From Burkholderiales bacterium (GTDB lineage: Bacteria > Pseudomonadota > Gammaproteobacteria > Burkholderiales > Burkholderiaceae_D), in NCBI GenBank assembly GCA_016200845.1, contig JACQDW010000067.1, positions 8,996 through 72,995 of the forward strand: a stretch of DNA of 64,000 bases, written 5' to 3'. The notes under the pieces are model-generated. The model did no database searches. It was not told the DNA's origin and saw only the letters and a list, made by a program, of their open reading frames with translations. A program made the translations under genes and the position numbers. Of this stretch, positions 37,194 to 49,255 are shown in pieces; the first letter of the stretch is position 1, and each line of letters starts with the position of its first letter.

Positions 37194-38053
37194 AACAATT
37201 GAAATCGAACGCTGTGTACAAGAGACGTCTACGTACACACAGAATCGGCATTTTCTTTTCAACTGCGGCGATGGCCTTGGGCGTTTCGTTCTTGTTGTGG
37301 ATCTTGTTCATCTTGTTTGCAAAAGGCTTGGGGGCATTGAATTGGGAAGTGTTGTCGGCGGCAACACCTGCGCCTGGCGAAGAGGGCGGCGGGCTGGCAA
37401 ATGCCATCTTAGGGAGCGTCTTGATGGTGGGATTCTCTACCCTGATCAGTACACCGATCGGCATTTTGGCGGGCGTGTATCTGGCTGAGTATGGCGAAAA
37501 AAACTGGTTCAGCGATGTGACGCGCTTTGTGGTCGATATTATGTTGTCGGCACCGTCGGTAGTGATAGGTTTGTTTGTATATGCGATTTATGTCGCGCAC
37601 ATTCACCATTTTTCCGGCTGGGCTGGAAGTCTGGCACTGTCGCTGATTGCGATTCCGGTAGTGGTCAGGACGACCGACAATATGCTGGCTCTGGTGCCCA
37701 ATAGTTTGCGTGAAGCGGCATTTGCCTTAGGCGCACCGCGTTGGAAAGTCGCGATTTTTATCCGGGTAAAGGCAGTGAAGGCGGGGATTTTGACCGGCGT
37801 GTTGTTGGCGCTGGCGAGGATTTCAGGCGAGACCGCGCCTTTGCTGTTCACCGCTTTGAATAATCAGTTTATGAATGCAGACATGAATAAGCCGATGGCG
37901 AATCTGCCCGTGGTGATTTATCAGTTTGCGATGAGCCCTTATGACAATTGGCGTGGACTGGCGTGGACTGGCGCTCTGTTGGTGACCTTGAGTGTGTTGG
38001 GATTAAATATTTTTTCGCGCACTGTGTTAGCAAAGCGAGTTCCACAAGCTTGA
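37190..38053 (+). CDS. pstA: Phosphate ABC transporter permease
   Basis: [31 protein letters not shown]. Confidence 0.95.
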   Translation: MKQLKSNAVYKRRLRTHRIGIFFSTAAMALGVSFLLWILFILFAKGLGALNWEVLSAATPAPGEEGGGLANAILGSVLMVGFSTLISTPIGILAGVYLAEYGEKNWFSDVTRFVVDIMLSAPSVVIGLFVYAIYVAHIHHFSGWAGSLALSLIAIPVVVRTTDNMLALVPNSLREAAFALGAPRWKVAIFIRVKAVKAGILTGVLLALARISGETAPLLFTALNNQFMNADMNKPMANLPVVIYQFAMSPYDNWRGLAWTGALLVTLSVLGLNIFSRTVLAKRVPQA

Positions 38054-38089
38054 ATCCTAGATAAATATCAGATAAAAGAAAGTAAGCAG

Positions 38090-38878
38090 ATGAGTGTAAA
38101 TGTTAATCAGGCGATGAGTGACGCTTCGATTTGTATCGAGACGCAAAATCTTAATTTTTACTATGGCAAAAATCGTAGTTTGCATGACGTGAATTTGAAG
38201 GTGTATGAGAAAAAAGTGACTGCATTTATCGGCCCTTCTGGATGTGGTAAATCGACTTTGTTACGCACCTTTAATCGCATGTACGATTTGTACCCGGGGC
38301 AACGAGCAGAAGGCGCGATTTTGTATCATGGACAAAATATTCTGTCATCCGAACAAGACATCAATTTGTTGCGCGCCAAAGTGGGTATGGTGTTTCAGAA
38401 ACCAACACCTTTCCCTATGTCGGTCTATGACAATATCGCGTTTGGTGTACGTTTGTATGAAAATTTATCCAAAGGAGAAATGGACGAGCGCGTTGAGTGG
38501 GCTTTGAAGAAAGCCGCTCTGTGGAACGAGGTAAAAGATAAATTGAGCAGCAGCGGCTTGAGTTTATCTGGCGGTCAGCAACAGCGTTTATGTATTGCGC
38601 GTGGCGTGTCTGTGAAGCCCGATGTCTTGTTGTTGGACGAACCAACCTCGGCGCTCGATCCTATTTCTACCGTCAAAATTGAAGAGTTGATTAACGAACT
38701 CAAGCAAGACTATACCATCGTCATCGTGACGCATAATATGCAGCAAGCGGCACGTTGTTCTGACTATACGGCGTATATGTATCTGGGCGAATTAGTCGAA
38801 TTTGGTGAGACCGATAGCATCTTTATGAATCCGGTGCGCAAGGAAACGCAGGACTATATTACGGGACGGTTCGGTTAA
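38090..38878 (+). CDS. pstB: Phosphate ABC transporter ATP-binding protein
   Basis: [43 protein letters not shown]. Confidence 0.96.
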   Translation: MSVNVNQAMSDASICIETQNLNFYYGKNRSLHDVNLKVYEKKVTAFIGPSGCGKSTLLRTFNRMYDLYPGQRAEGAILYHGQNILSSEQDINLLRAKVGMVFQKPTPFPMSVYDNIAFGVRLYENLSKGEMDERVEWALKKAALWNEVKDKLSSSGLSLSGGQQQRLCIARGVSVKPDVLLLDEPTSALDPISTVKIEELINELKQDYTIVIVTHNMQQAARCSDYTAYMYLGELVEFGETDSIFMNPVRKETQDYITGRFG

Positions 38879-38918
38879 TCTTGGTAGCGCAACACAACAA
38901 CGAATACAGGAGTAGATA

Positions 38919-39617
38919 ATGACAGGTGAACATTCATCATCCCAATACAATCATGATCTGGAAGTGATCCGGTCTCAGGTTTTGTTGATGGGTGGTTTGG
39001 TAGAGAGTCACTTTCGCGATGCGATGAATTGTTATCGCAGTGGTGATGCCGCGCAGTCGCAGGCGGTGGTGAAGTCGGACGAAGAGGTCAATCGTTTGGA
39101 AATTGTGTTGGATGATCTTTGCAGTCATTTGATTGTAAAACGTCAGCCAGCAGCAAATGATTTGCGGACTGTGATGGCCACGGGGAAGGTGATTACCGAT
39201 CTGGAACGGATTGGAGATGAATCGACTAAGATTGCCCGGATCGCGCAAGAGATGATGAGCAAAAATGGCGGGAATATTTTGTTCAGCGGCTATGATATGG
39301 TGAAGGGAATGGCCGATAATGTAGAGAACATGTTGCATCAGGCATTGGACGTGTTTGCACGCCACGATGATGAGAAGGCTTTGCAACTGATTGCGTATGA
39401 TCAGATCATTGATACGGACTGCCGTGCCATCATGCATAATCTGATGAAGGCGATGATGGAGGACTCGACGGTCATCTCTGCTGCCTTAGATGCCTTGTGG
39501 GTGACGAAAGCCATCGAACGGATTGGCGATCATGCGAAGAATATCGCCGAGCATACGATTTATATTGTGGCTGGACGAGATATTCGTCATTCTGCGCTGC
39601 CCGAAGTGAAGAAGTAA
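38919..39617 (+). CDS. phoU: Phosphate signalling protein PhoU
   Basis: RQPAANDLR, DLERIGD, IERIGDHAKNIAE. Confidence 0.95.
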   Translation: MTGEHSSSQYNHDLEVIRSQVLLMGGLVESHFRDAMNCYRSGDAAQSQAVVKSDEEVNRLEIVLDDLCSHLIVKRQPAANDLRTVMATGKVITDLERIGDESTKIARIAQEMMSKNGGNILFSGYDMVKGMADNVENMLHQALDVFARHDDEKALQLIAYDQIIDTDCRAIMHNLMKAMMEDSTVISAALDALWVTKAIERIGDHAKNIAEHTIYIVAGRDIRHSALPEVKK

Positions 39618-39650
39618 GCTCGACCAAAGATAACCAGAGAAGCGATTTGA

Positions 39651-40340
39651 ATGTCAACCGATAAAACGACCATACTCATCGTTGAAGATGAGCCAGCAAT
39701 TAGTGAATTAGTCAGCTTTACTTTGCGCAGTGCAGGTTGGAGTACGTTTAGTGTGGGGACGACCGCGGAGGCTTGGGAATATTTGCAAAGACGGTCGCCG
39801 CAATTGATTTTGCTCGATTGGATGCTGCCTGATCAAAGTGGTCTGCGGTTCTTGTCTCGTATTCGTTCTGATCGTAATTTTAATGAGATTCCTGTCATTA
39901 TGCTGACCGCGAAGAGCATGGAGGAAGATAAGATCGCAGGTTTAGATCATGGCGCCGATGATTACGTCACCAAACCGTTTTCTCCGCGTGAATTAACTGC
40001 GCGGATCAAAGCGATGTTGCGACGTAAAAGTCCGGAACACGCGCAGTCTAGTTTGATGATCGCAAACGTGTATCTCGACCCGGTGAGTTGTAGCGTGAAG
40101 GTCGATGATATTAAAATCGAGATCGGGCATGCAGAATATAAGTTACTGAAATTTTTTATGGCTCACCCCGAACGGGTTTTTTCGCGCAGTCAATTGTTAG
40201 ATAAAGTGTGGGGTGACCACGTGGTGATCGAAGAGCGCACAGTTGATGTTCATGTGCTGCGTTTGCGTAAAGTGTTGCGCAATGCGGAGGGTTTGATCAA
40301 GACAATACGCAGCGTTGGTTATATGCTGTCGGAAAAATAA
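39651..40340 (+). CDS. phoB: Phosphate regulon response regulator
   Basis: LLDWMLP, GADDYVTKPFSPREL, VWGDHVVIEERTVDVH. Confidence 0.95.
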   Translation: MSTDKTTILIVEDEPAISELVSFTLRSAGWSTFSVGTTAEAWEYLQRRSPQLILLDWMLPDQSGLRFLSRIRSDRNFNEIPVIMLTAKSMEEDKIAGLDHGADDYVTKPFSPRELTARIKAMLRRKSPEHAQSSLMIANVYLDPVSCSVKVDDIKIEIGHAEYKLLKFFMAHPERVFSRSQLLDKVWGDHVVIEERTVDVHVLRLRKVLRNAEGLIKTIRSVGYMLSEK

Positions 40341-40348
40341 GCTTATCT

Positions 40349-41656
40349 ATGTCATCTATGCGACCTCATTTTGTGTTCTGGATTTCTGCCGCGCTGCGTA
40401 TCGCATTGATTTTTGCGCTCGCTGGCATTGCTGGCTATTTCGCTGGAAAAATTGTGGCGTTGGCAGTGATTATTCTATGCTTGTTGGTGACCGTGCTGAT
40501 TCAACTTCAGTATTTATTGAATCTTTCAGATTGGCTGGATAACCCGAATAGCGCGAGATTACCGGATGGCTGGGGTGCATGGACCGAGATCTTTTCTCGC
40601 CTGTATAAATTGCGTCGTGGTGATGAAAAAAATCAAACTGAACTGACCGAGTGGCTAGCCCGTTTTCGTCAGGCGATGACTTTATTGCCGGATGGCGTTG
40701 TGATTATGGATGACGTGATGTTTTTGGAGTGGTGTAATCCAACTGCAGAGCATCATCTGGGATTAGATTTGTCGAAAGACAAAGGCATGCGCGTGACCAA
40801 TCTGGTGCGTGCTCCAGAATTTATCGATTATATTGTTCTGGGGCGCTATCAGACGCCGCTCACCTTGGAATTGCGCGATCGTAAATTGATCGTGCATGTG
40901 ATTCCTTTTGAAAACAGACGCCAGATTCTGGTGACCCATGATGTTACTGAGTCTGAGCGTATTGATCAGATGCGACGCGATTTTATCGCGAATGCGTCGC
41001 ATGAATTGCGTACCCCACTGACCGTCATTAATGGCTTTCTCGAGATCGCCGCGAGCGAGCTTGAGCTCGACGCCGCGACCCGTGCTTCCCACCTCAAATT
41101 GATGAGCGAACAGGGCGCACGTATGCAACGCTTGGTGGAAGATATGCTGACCTTAAGTCGCCTCGAATCGACTGAATTTCAGGTTCGCAGGGAAACGATT
41201 GATATGCGCCTGATGATGCAGCATCTGGACACGGAGGCGCGCGCACTGTCTAACGGGCGGCATCATATTGAGTTAGCGTTCGATGGTCCTGATATGGAAG
41301 GCAGCAGCGACGAAATTCGCAGCGCGATGAGCAATCTGGTCAGTAATGCGATTCGTTATACATCAGACGGCGGTACCATTCAGATCAGTTGGTTGAATAC
41401 AGACTCAGGACCTTGTTTTTCTGTACAAGATAATGGCATCGGTATCGCGGCCGAGCATATTTCAAGACTCACAGAACGATTTTATCGGGTTGATAAAAGT
41501 CGGTCTCGTGAGACACATGGCACTGGTCTGGGGCTGGCCATTGTTAAACACGTCCTATTGCGTCATCAGGCTCAACTGGTGATCACATCGCAACTGCAGG
41601 CGGGGAGTAAATTCTCTGTTTATTTTCCAGCGCCGTCTATACTGAAATTGGACTGA
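40349..41656 (+). CDS. phoR: Phosphate regulon sensor kinase
   Basis: PAS domain, RRDFIANASHELRTPLT, RLTERFYRVDKSRSRETHGTGLGL. Confidence 0.95.
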   Translation: MSSMRPHFVFWISAALRIALIFALAGIAGYFAGKIVALAVIILCLLVTVLIQLQYLLNLSDWLDNPNSARLPDGWGAWTEIFSRLYKLRRGDEKNQTELTEWLARFRQAMTLLPDGVVIMDDVMFLEWCNPTAEHHLGLDLSKDKGMRVTNLVRAPEFIDYIVLGRYQTPLTLELRDRKLIVHVIPFENRRQILVTHDVTESERIDQMRRDFIANASHELRTPLTVINGFLEIAASELELDAATRASHLKLMSEQGARMQRLVEDMLTLSRLESTEFQVRRETIDMRLMMQHLDTEARALSNGRHHIELAFDGPDMEGSSDEIRSAMSNLVSNAIRYTSDGGTIQISWLNTDSGPCFSVQDNGIGIAAEHISRLTERFYRVDKSRSRETHGTGLGLAIVKHVLLRHQAQLVITSQLQAGSKFSVYFPAPSILKLD

Positions 41657-41815
41657 GGTTTGCATTAAGTTCCAATGGAAATCTGGGTAAAATTTTAACA
41701 AGCTAGAAATATTCCAAAAAGCAACAGGCCACTCTGCGGAAATCCTGTGATTTTTCTGGAATGCGCTAAACTCATCTGTGGATTCACCGGCGGTTTGACT
41801 GGGAAGGGCAGATCG

Positions 41816-42889
41816 ATGGAAATGCGAGTGCTAGTCATAGACGATGCGCAAATTAATGTCGCGCTGCTTTGTCGTTTGCTCGATAAGATCGCGCATTGTT
41901 CCTCGCAGAGTTTCCTTGATCCCGCACTGGCTTTACTCTGGTGCGCGAAAAACACCCCTGATCTCGTCCTTGTTGATTATATGATGCCGGATATGAATGG
42001 CATCGAATTTATCCGTCAGTTTCGCCAGATTGCGCCGTGTGCGGATATCCCAGTTCTGATGATCACGTCCAGCGACGAATTAGCTTTGCGTTACGAAGCG
42101 TTTGAAGCGGGGGCAAATGATTTTCTCATCAAACCCGTCGATAAAATTGAATTTCTGGCACGAACCAAGAATATGCTGGCGCTCCGCAAGAATCAACGTT
42201 TTTTGGAAGACCGGGCGACCTGGCTCGATGCCGAGGTGCGGAAAGCCACCGCTGAAATTCGCGCTCGCGAACAAGAGACGATATTGCGACTCTCAAAGGC
42301 AGCAGATTCACGCGACCCTGAAACGGGGGCGCACATCGTTCGTATGGCAAATTATTCACGCATTATCGCGTCGCGGCTAGGTTTGAGCCCTGAGTTCCAA
42401 CAAATGCTGTTAGAAGCAGCACCCATGCACGACATAGGCAAAGTTGGAATACCCGATCACATTTTATTAAAACCGGGGAAGCTGACGACCGAAGAATTTG
42501 CCATTATGAAGCAGCATGCCAATCTGGGTTTTCAGATTTTGACAGGGAGTCAGTCGGCGACTTTGCAAATGGGTGCCGAGATTGCTTTGTCCCACCATGA
42601 AAAATACGATGGTAGTGGCTATCCGCAAGGGTTGGCTGGCGAGAATATTCCCTTGGTCGCTCGTATCGTCGCCGTCGCCGATGTGTTCGATGCATTGACC
42701 TCAGAGCGTCCTTACAAAGTTGCCTGGGAGCTGGAGCGCGCCTTGCAATTTTTGCGCGATGGCCGTGGTCAGCATTTTGACCCACTATGCATAGACGCAT
42801 TTATGTCTGCATTGCCGGAAATTTTGGAAATTCGTGAACGTTACAAGGAAGATGGCGATACGACTAACACATATGACCCCTATCGTTGA
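41816..42889 (+). CDS. Response regulator with HD-GYP c-di-GMP phosphodiesterase domain (RpfG-like)
   Basis: REC domain; RDPETGAH, MHDIGK, HHEKYDGSGYP, RPYK. Confidence 0.92.
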   Translation: MEMRVLVIDDAQINVALLCRLLDKIAHCSSQSFLDPALALLWCAKNTPDLVLVDYMMPDMNGIEFIRQFRQIAPCADIPVLMITSSDELALRYEAFEAGANDFLIKPVDKIEFLARTKNMLALRKNQRFLEDRATWLDAEVRKATAEIRAREQETILRLSKAADSRDPETGAHIVRMANYSRIIASRLGLSPEFQQMLLEAAPMHDIGKVGIPDHILLKPGKLTTEEFAIMKQHANLGFQILTGSQSATLQMGAEIALSHHEKYDGSGYPQGLAGENIPLVARIVAVADVFDALTSERPYKVAWELERALQFLRDGRGQHFDPLCIDAFMSALPEILEIRERYKEDGDTTNTYDPYR

Positions 42890-42909
42890 TTTGGATAAAG
42901 GAAGCAATC

Positions 42910-44058
42910 ATGCAAATTTCTCAGCTCGTGTTAAAGAATCTGGATACAGATTTGACCCAACTGTCAGGCTTGCTTTCTATCGAGCCACAATTGATCTTGG
43001 TGTTTGGTTATACCGGACATTTCGCAGATCCACGTTTAGCGCAAAGTCTGGCGCAAACATTCCCTGATGCGCAAAGAGTTGGATGTACCACCGCCGGGGA
43101 AATTACCTCAGCGGGCGTGGTCAACCACACCACCGTAGTGACAGCGATTCGGTTTAATTCAACAGTATTTAAAGTGGCAACTGCAGCGCTGCCTGCCATG
43201 GAGAACTCGTTTGATGCGGGTGCCGCCCTGGCAAATGAAATCGCCTCTACTGATTTGCGGGCTGTCCTGGTGCTGGGGCAGGGTGTGCATATCAATGGCA
43301 GTGCCATGATAGAAGGTATGGTAAGCCGACTTGGCGCGAGCCTGCCTATCACTGGTGGATTGGCAGGCGATGACGGAGAATTTGTGAAAACTTATACCTT
43401 GTCCAATGCAGGCGTATCGACCAATCGGATTGTCGGAATTGGGTTTTGTGGTGAACAGGTCTTGTTTTCACATGGTAGTTTTGGCGGCTGGCGTCCATTC
43501 GGACCCACGCGCAAAGTGACGCGCTGTGTCGGTAATATTCTGTATGAGCTTGATGGTGAGCCTGCACTTGATGTGTATAAGCGTTACCTCGGCGACTATG
43601 CAAAAGACTTGCCTGGTTCCGGTCTATTGTTCCCGTTCGAAATGTTAAGCGACGCTCGCGAATCTCTGGGGCAAATTCGTACCATTCTAGGTATAAACGA
43701 AGAAGATGGTAGTCTGGTGTTAGCAGGTGTGATCAATCCTAATGGCTATTTGCGCCTGATGCACGCGCACACAAATGACTTGGTCGATGGTGCTGAGACA
43801 GCAGCCAAAGCGACGATTAATGGTGTTGCTGATTGTGACGGGCAAGCGCTTGGTCTGTTAGTCAGTTGTGTAGGGCGTAAGCTGGTGATGGGAGGGCGCG
43901 TCGATGAGGAGGTCGAGGCCGTGCAAGATATTTTGGGAAAAAATACGATCGTGTGCGGGTTTTACTCTAATGGAGAAATTTGCCCGGGCTATCAGTTGGA
44001 AGCATGCAGCTTGCATAATCAAACGATGACGATCACTTATCTCGCCGAGAAATCCTGA
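42910..44058 (+). CDS. FIST N/C domain protein (NosP-like)
   Basis: GCTTAGEI, GGLAGDD, LYELDGEPAL..Y..YLG, SCVGRK, GFYSNGEI, LHNQTMT. Confidence 0.9.
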   Translation: MQISQLVLKNLDTDLTQLSGLLSIEPQLILVFGYTGHFADPRLAQSLAQTFPDAQRVGCTTAGEITSAGVVNHTTVVTAIRFNSTVFKVATAALPAMENSFDAGAALANEIASTDLRAVLVLGQGVHINGSAMIEGMVSRLGASLPITGGLAGDDGEFVKTYTLSNAGVSTNRIVGIGFCGEQVLFSHGSFGGWRPFGPTRKVTRCVGNILYELDGEPALDVYKRYLGDYAKDLPGSGLLFPFEMLSDARESLGQIRTILGINEEDGSLVLAGVINPNGYLRLMHAHTNDLVDGAETAAKATINGVADCDGQALGLLVSCVGRKLVMGGRVDEEVEAVQDILGKNTIVCGFYSNGEICPGYQLEACSLHNQTMTITYLAEKS

Positions 44059-47000
44059 TGCCGCACAAGCTTTCTCTCCGCCAGTACAATCGATTATTGG
44101 GCATTGTTGGTGAAGAACAATTGGCTTCGGTATTGGCGGAATTCGAAGCGATAGACGAGTCCACAACTTTGAGCGCTGCGGCTTGTCACGCGCTCAAGGG
44201 GATGCGTCAATTTTTGACGCAAGTTGATGAAGCCTATGAGCAGGCGGACCGTGATCTGGCATTAGGAAAACGCAGTTTGGAATTGAGCTCTGATGAGCTG
44301 ATGAATGCTAACCGTAGCTTGCGTCAAGAATCGGAAATGCGTCAGCAAGTCATACTCACATTGCGACGTACCGCAAATGAAGTGTTGTCACAATTGGGTA
44401 AGCGACTAGCCGATGAGGATAGCCTGGAGAGTTTAAGCACCTTGTTGGCTGGATTGGTTAGCGAGGTTTTGAGTACACGTAGTGAATTGCAAGCCGCGCT
44501 GGCGGCAATCAAAAATCAACAGTTCGCACTTGATCAACATGCGATTGTGAGTATTACCGATGCAGATGGCGCTTTAATTTATGCGAACGATAAATTTTGT
44601 GAAATCAGTCAGCTGAGTCTGGACGAGCTGCTGGGGAAAAATCACCGCATTGTCAATTCTGGATTCCATCACAAAGAATTCTTCGCGACCATGTGGCGCA
44701 CAATTAGTGCTGGTCAAGTCTGGAATGGGGAAATTTGTAATAAGGCGAAAAATGGCGATCTCTATTGGACCAGTGCGACTATCGTTCCCTTTTTGAACTC
44801 AGATCGAAAACCTTATCAATACATATCGATCCGCACTGATATTACACAGCAACGTCGTTTGAAAGAAGAGATCGAGGCCAGCAAACGTCTCTTGCAAAAC
44901 GTCATGAATACACTGGGCGAAGGCGTATATACACTTGACTCCGAGAGCCGATGCACATTCTTAAATCCAGAAGCAGAAAAAATTCTTGGATGGCGCCTCG
45001 ACGAAATTCAAGGCATGTCATTGCACGATTTAATTCACGCACATCGACCTGATGGAAGCTATATCGCGGCAGAAAATTGCCCAATACGCCAGACTGTCAA
45101 TGCGGGTCAAGTGTATCGCTCCGACAGTGAATACTTTGTGCATAAATCGGGGCGGTCTTTCCCTGTCTCTATCGTTGCTTCTCCCATCTTTGAAGATGGA
45201 AAAATTCTGGGGTCTGTGGCGGCCTTTCAGGATATCTCGGCTCGACATGCTGCGGATGCGGCATTGCGTGAGAGCGAAAACAAACAAAGGATGATGCTCG
45301 ACAATGCCGCCGATGCGGTCTTCGTCGCAGGGCGCGATGAACGCTGGATTTACGTGAATGATTTGGCGTTAGCGATGCTGGGTTATACCCGCGAAGAATT
45401 GTTGGGAAGCGTTGTCTATGATCTCTTACCACCACAACAGCGGATCTATTCGCAGGAAAATTTCGCCGGGCAATTGGCGCGCGAGCGCCTGATCAGGCAA
45501 GAAATTCGCCTGTTAAAAAAAGACGGGAATATCGTTCCTGTCGAAATGAATGCAGCTTTGCTGCCTGATGGCAGTATTTATGGATCGTGTCGGGACATCA
45601 CAGAGCGTAAGGAATTCGAGGCGGCATTGATCAAAGCGAAAATGGGCGCGGAAGCAGCCAATCGCGCCAAGAGCGAATTTTTGGCAACAATGAGCCACGA
45701 GATTCGTACACCGATGAATGGCATCATCGGCATGACCGAATTAGCTTTGGGAACCGAGTTGGCACCACAACAGCGCGAATATCTCGACATGGTGCAAGTA
45801 TCCTCACTTTCTTTGCTGGCCATCATCAATGATATTTTAGATTTTTCAAAAATAGAGTCTGGCAAAATTGAGTTGGAAAACATAGAGTTTTCTTTACGCG
45901 AATTATTAGCGTCGACCTTGAAAGCACAGGCGCTGCGAGCAGAGCAAAAACGGATAGAACTGGCTTATCAAATCGATGCGAGATTGCCTGAAATGGTGTG
46001 GGGTGATCCTGGAAAATTGCGTCAGGTGCTGACCAATTTGATCGGCAACGCCATCAAGTTTAGCGATGGTGGCGAAATAGCGGTGATCGTTCGTTGCCAG
46101 CATCTGGAACACAATCAGGTCGATGTTTTTTTCTCGGTGCGCGACCACGGAATAGGAATACCGGCCGATAAATTGACCCAGATATTTGAACCATTTAGCC
46201 AAGCCGATGCGTCGACAACGCGTAAATATGGTGGGACTGGGCTTGGGCTGTCTATTTCTTCTCGCCTGGTGCAAAGCATGCAGGGACAATTGCAAGTCGA
46301 TAGCGAAGAAGGAAAAGGCAGTCGTTTTTATTTTACGGTCACACTGACCCGAACTCTTGACGAGAATGAAGAAGACAGTCAGGCCGACTTTCAGGAGCTA
46401 AAGGTGTTGGTGGTTGACGACAATGCGATCACCCGACATTTTTTGTTTGACCTGCTGACGCCATGGAGCTGTCAGGTGCAATTGGCTGCAAGTGCAGACG
46501 CGGCATTAGAGGTAATTCGAGACGTCCGTTCACATAAGCGTACGATTGATTTAATCTTGCTTGATGTTTGTATGCCTGAGAAAGATGGCTATGCATTTGT
46601 CAGCTGTTTGGATGAACTGGAATTGCGAGGCGAAAGCCGGATTTTACTCTTATCGTCGGCAGCATCTTTGGACGAGGGAAGGCGCTGTCAGGAGTTAGCT
46701 ATTGATGGGTATATACGCAAACCTTTGAGCCCTCAGGAATTACGTTTTGCGATGGAACTCGTGATGCGTGGCAGTGCTGGTGCCGCGCCTGCGACCCTGA
46801 TCAATTATAGTCAGACCGGACAACAGGGAATGCCTCGTCAACGCCGCGTCTTATTGGCAGAAGACAACGCGATCAATCAGCGCTTGGTGCTTGGCCTGCT
46901 CTCCAAGTGGGGATACGCCGTTGATGTCGCCGAAAACGGAAAAGTCGCTGTGAGACAATATCAAACCACACAATACGATGTAATTTTGATGGACATGCAA

Positions 47001-47606
47001 ATGCCCGAAATGGGGGGCGTTGAAGCGACCGCAGAAATCCGAAAACTGGAGCAAGGGAATACGCGCATCCCAATTGTCGCGATGACCGCTAATGCGATGA
47101 TAGGCGACAAAGAAAAATGTATAGAGGCGGGCATGGATTATTATCTGTCCAAGCCTATCAAATCCGATCTGCTTCATCATTTGCTTGATCAGGTTTTACA
47201 AAACATACCGACGCCCGATGAGTCTGAGTTTGCCGCAATCGCTGATGCAACGACGCCAGTTGAGGCTGGTTTTAATTACGCTCAGGCGCTGCAGTCGGGC
47301 GATGCCGAAATTTTGTCAATTATCACCCCCATGTTTCTGGATGCATGTGATCAGCATGTTGAGGAAATACGCCAGGCTATTGTCAGCCAGAATGCAGGTG
47401 ACTTGTATAGAACCGCACACACCTTGAAAGGCCTGGTGGGCAATTTTAATGCCGCCCCGCTTGAAGAGGCCGCCCGTGAGCTAGAGCAAAAGGGGAAGGC
47501 GGGAGAAATCAGGGACAGTGAAGGTCACTTTTCACGTATTGTTGAGGAAATGCCTGCATTGAAGAGCGCTCTGAAAACATATTTAGACATCCCAGTACAA
47601 AACTAA
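44058..47606 (+). CDS. Cytoplasmic hybrid histidine kinase (3 PAS, HisKA/HATPase, 2 REC, Hpt)
   Basis: [15 protein letters not shown]; [18 protein letters not shown]; GGTGLGL; two receiver domains; AHTLKG Hpt; no obvious TM. Confidence 0.92.
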   Translation: MPHKLSLRQYNRLLGIVGEEQLASVLAEFEAIDESTTLSAAACHALKGMRQFLTQVDEAYEQADRDLALGKRSLELSSDELMNANRSLRQESEMRQQVILTLRRTANEVLSQLGKRLADEDSLESLSTLLAGLVSEVLSTRSELQAALAAIKNQQFALDQHAIVSITDADGALIYANDKFCEISQLSLDELLGKNHRIVNSGFHHKEFFATMWRTISAGQVWNGEICNKAKNGDLYWTSATIVPFLNSDRKPYQYISIRTDITQQRRLKEEIEASKRLLQNVMNTLGEGVYTLDSESRCTFLNPEAEKILGWRLDEIQGMSLHDLIHAHRPDGSYIAAENCPIRQTVNAGQVYRSDSEYFVHKSGRSFPVSIVASPIFEDGKILGSVAAFQDISARHAADAALRESENKQRMMLDNAADAVFVAGRDERWIYVNDLALAMLGYTREELLGSVVYDLLPPQQRIYSQENFAGQLARERLIRQEIRLLKKDGNIVPVEMNAALLPDGSIYGSCRDITERKEFEAALIKAKMGAEAANRAKSEFLATMSHEIRTPMNGIIGMTELALGTELAPQQREYLDMVQVSSLSLLAIINDILDFSKIESGKIELENIEFSLRELLASTLKAQALRAEQKRIELAYQIDARLPEMVWGDPGKLRQVLTNLIGNAIKFSDGGEIAVIVRCQHLEHNQVDVFFSVRDHGIGIPADKLTQIFEPFSQADASTTRKYGGTGLGLSISSRLVQSMQGQLQVDSEEGKGSRFYFTVTLTRTLDENEEDSQADFQELKVLVVDDNAITRHFLFDLLTPWSCQVQLAASADAALEVIRDVRSHKRTIDLILLDVCMPEKDGYAFVSCLDELELRGESRILLLSSAASLDEGRRCQELAIDGYIRKPLSPQELRFAMELVMRGSAGAAPATLINYSQTGQQGMPRQRRVLLAEDNAINQRLVLGLLSKWGYAVDVAENGKVAVRQYQTTQYDVILMDMQMPEMGGVEATAEIRKLEQGNTRIPIVAMTANAMIGDKEKCIEAGMDYYLSKPIKSDLLHHLLDQVLQNIPTPDESEFAAIADATTPVEAGFNYAQALQSGDAEILSIITPMFLDACDQHVEEIRQAIVSQNAGDLYRTAHTLKGLVGNFNAAPLEEAARELEQKGKAGEIRDSEGHFSRIVEEMPALKSALKTYLDIPVQN

Positions 47607-47684
47607 GGATTTTAAATACAAAAACTGCCTACCGATTTGATTGCTGTTCGCGTCAAGCCCTTATACAATCATGCACGAAGGAGA

Positions 47685-48386
47685 ATGACTATGTTTCGTG
47701 TAATGTTGGTTGAGGACGATGAAAGATTGGCGGCGCTGGTGATGGAGTATCTTCATTCTTATGAGTTCGCGGTTGATCTGGTTCCACGCGGCGATTTAGC
47801 GGTCGCTCATTTTAAAGCGACATCGCCAGATATGGTGGTATTGGATTTGATGTTGCCCGGTTTGGATGGCATGGTGGTGTGCCGGCAAATCCGTGAAATC
47901 AGTAAAGTACCGATTTTAATTTTAACCGCACGCGAGGATTCCTACGATGAAGTGTCCGCACTGGAACAAGGTGCCGATGATTTTGTCAGCAAACCAGTGC
48001 AACCCCGGATTTTGTTGGCGCGTTTGCGTGCCTTGGTGCGTCGCATTCCTAGTCACGATAATGCGGTGGCGGCGCCAGAAGAGCTCTTGCAGTTTGGGTC
48101 TTTGTCGATTTCTCGTAGCGACAGGCTGGTGCATTGGAAACAGCAAGTCATCGATCTTTCAAATACTGAATTTAAGCTCTTGATGATCTTGGTGGAAGCG
48201 CCGGGAAAAGTGTTATCGCGTGACGATATTCTGAAAAAAATGCGCGGTATTGAATTTGATGGTCTGGATCGCAGTATTGATAACCTGATCTCCCGTTTGC
48301 GCCGTCGATTCGATGACCAGAACTCCGAGCGGATTAAAACAGTGTGGGGCGAAGGCTATTTGTTTTCACCCTCTGCCTGGGAATAA
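47685..48386 (+). CDS. OmpR-family response regulator (RstA-like)
   Basis: VEDD, LDLMLPG, GADDF, RGIEFDGLDRSID..ISRLR, IKTVWGEGY. Confidence 0.9.
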   Translation: MTMFRVMLVEDDERLAALVMEYLHSYEFAVDLVPRGDLAVAHFKATSPDMVVLDLMLPGLDGMVVCRQIREISKVPILILTAREDSYDEVSALEQGADDFVSKPVQPRILLARLRALVRRIPSHDNAVAAPEELLQFGSLSISRSDRLVHWKQQVIDLSNTEFKLLMILVEAPGKVLSRDDILKKMRGIEFDGLDRSIDNLISRLRRRFDDQNSERIKTVWGEGYLFSPSAWE

Positions 48387-48416
48387 AGTCTTATTCTCTC
48401 AGAATAAAAGTCAAAT

Positions 48417-48460
48417 GTTTCAACAGCAGGTTCAACCGCAGTTTCAACCGCAGTTTCAAC
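48417..48460. repeat. 12-bp tandem repeat (about 4 copies) between convergent genes
   Basis: GTTTCAACAGCA GGTTCAACCGCA GTTTCAACCGCA GTTTCAAC. Confidence 0.75.
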
Positions 48461-48483
48461 ACTAAGCGCTCTTGATGGGCGCT

Positions 48484-49206
48484 TTATTCTATGATCGCCG
48501 TCATCACCAATGGGCTGGTGCGCGTGATCAATTGTGCTTTTTCGAGTTGTTGTGTAAAGAGGAAACTACTGGTGCGCAAGGTCGGTGAGGTATCTGGCCA
48601 CATCGCCGTATTGTCGAGTATGCCTATTGCTTGCGTGTTTTGGTTGGCCGATTTGATTTCCACCATGGCGATACTGTCGCGCTTGCCAAATCCGAGACGT
48701 ATCCCTACACATTTTTTACCTTGCATTAAATTGGGTTCGACGTAACTCTGAAACGCCAGTGCTTGTTCACAGGCGTGACGCAAATCGCTGACTTCGTAGA
48801 TGCCATCAGCGCGCGTGGCGAGGCTAATACGGAAGCGAAAATTGGCTTGTCCTGATCTTTGGTTGAGAACAATTTCAGCGTTCTCATCGTAGGCGGTTTT
48901 CAATAAAGGTAAAGGCGTGCGACCCAAGGCATCCAAAGGTAAATCAACGTGAATCGATTTGCTCAATAAGTGCAGACGTAAATTTTCTGTGCTGGCCGAT
49001 TTGTCCTTAGGAACGATTTGCAAAGAATATTGAATCAGGTTTTTAGGTTTGCCATATTTTTCAAACCAAAGCATAGAGCGATACGCATCACGATAGCTCA
49101 TCCACTCAGCGTCACGTGGGCGCGCAACGTCATCGCTGGACTGAGCGCTTGTCTGCAACGCAGTGCTCAAGAAGATGATCGCAGATAATGTGGACAGGGT
49201 TTTCAC
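48484..49206 (-). CDS. Exported hypothetical protein
   Basis: Signal peptide; 240 aa; co-oriented with the MipA gene. Confidence 0.7.
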   Translation of the reverse strand: MKTLSTLSAIIFLSTALQTSAQSSDDVARPRDAEWMSYRDAYRSMLWFEKYGKPKNLIQYSLQIVPKDKSASTENLRLHLLSKSIHVDLPLDALGRTPLPLLKTAYDENAEIVLNQRSGQANFRFRISLATRADGIYEVSDLRHACEQALAFQSYVEPNLMQGKKCVGIRLGFGKRDSIAMVEIKSANQNTQAIGILDNTAMWPDTSPTLRTSSFLFTQQLEKAQLITRTSPLVMTAIIE

Positions 49207-49255
49207 GATTAATTTTTGACCGATATGTTTTTGGCGGACCAGTCTTGTTCCAGGT

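Noticed and set aside
48417-48460. GTTTCAA-initiated repeats suggesting a CRISPR array
   Set aside because: Units are 12 bp and directly tandem with no unique spacers; no cas genes in the window
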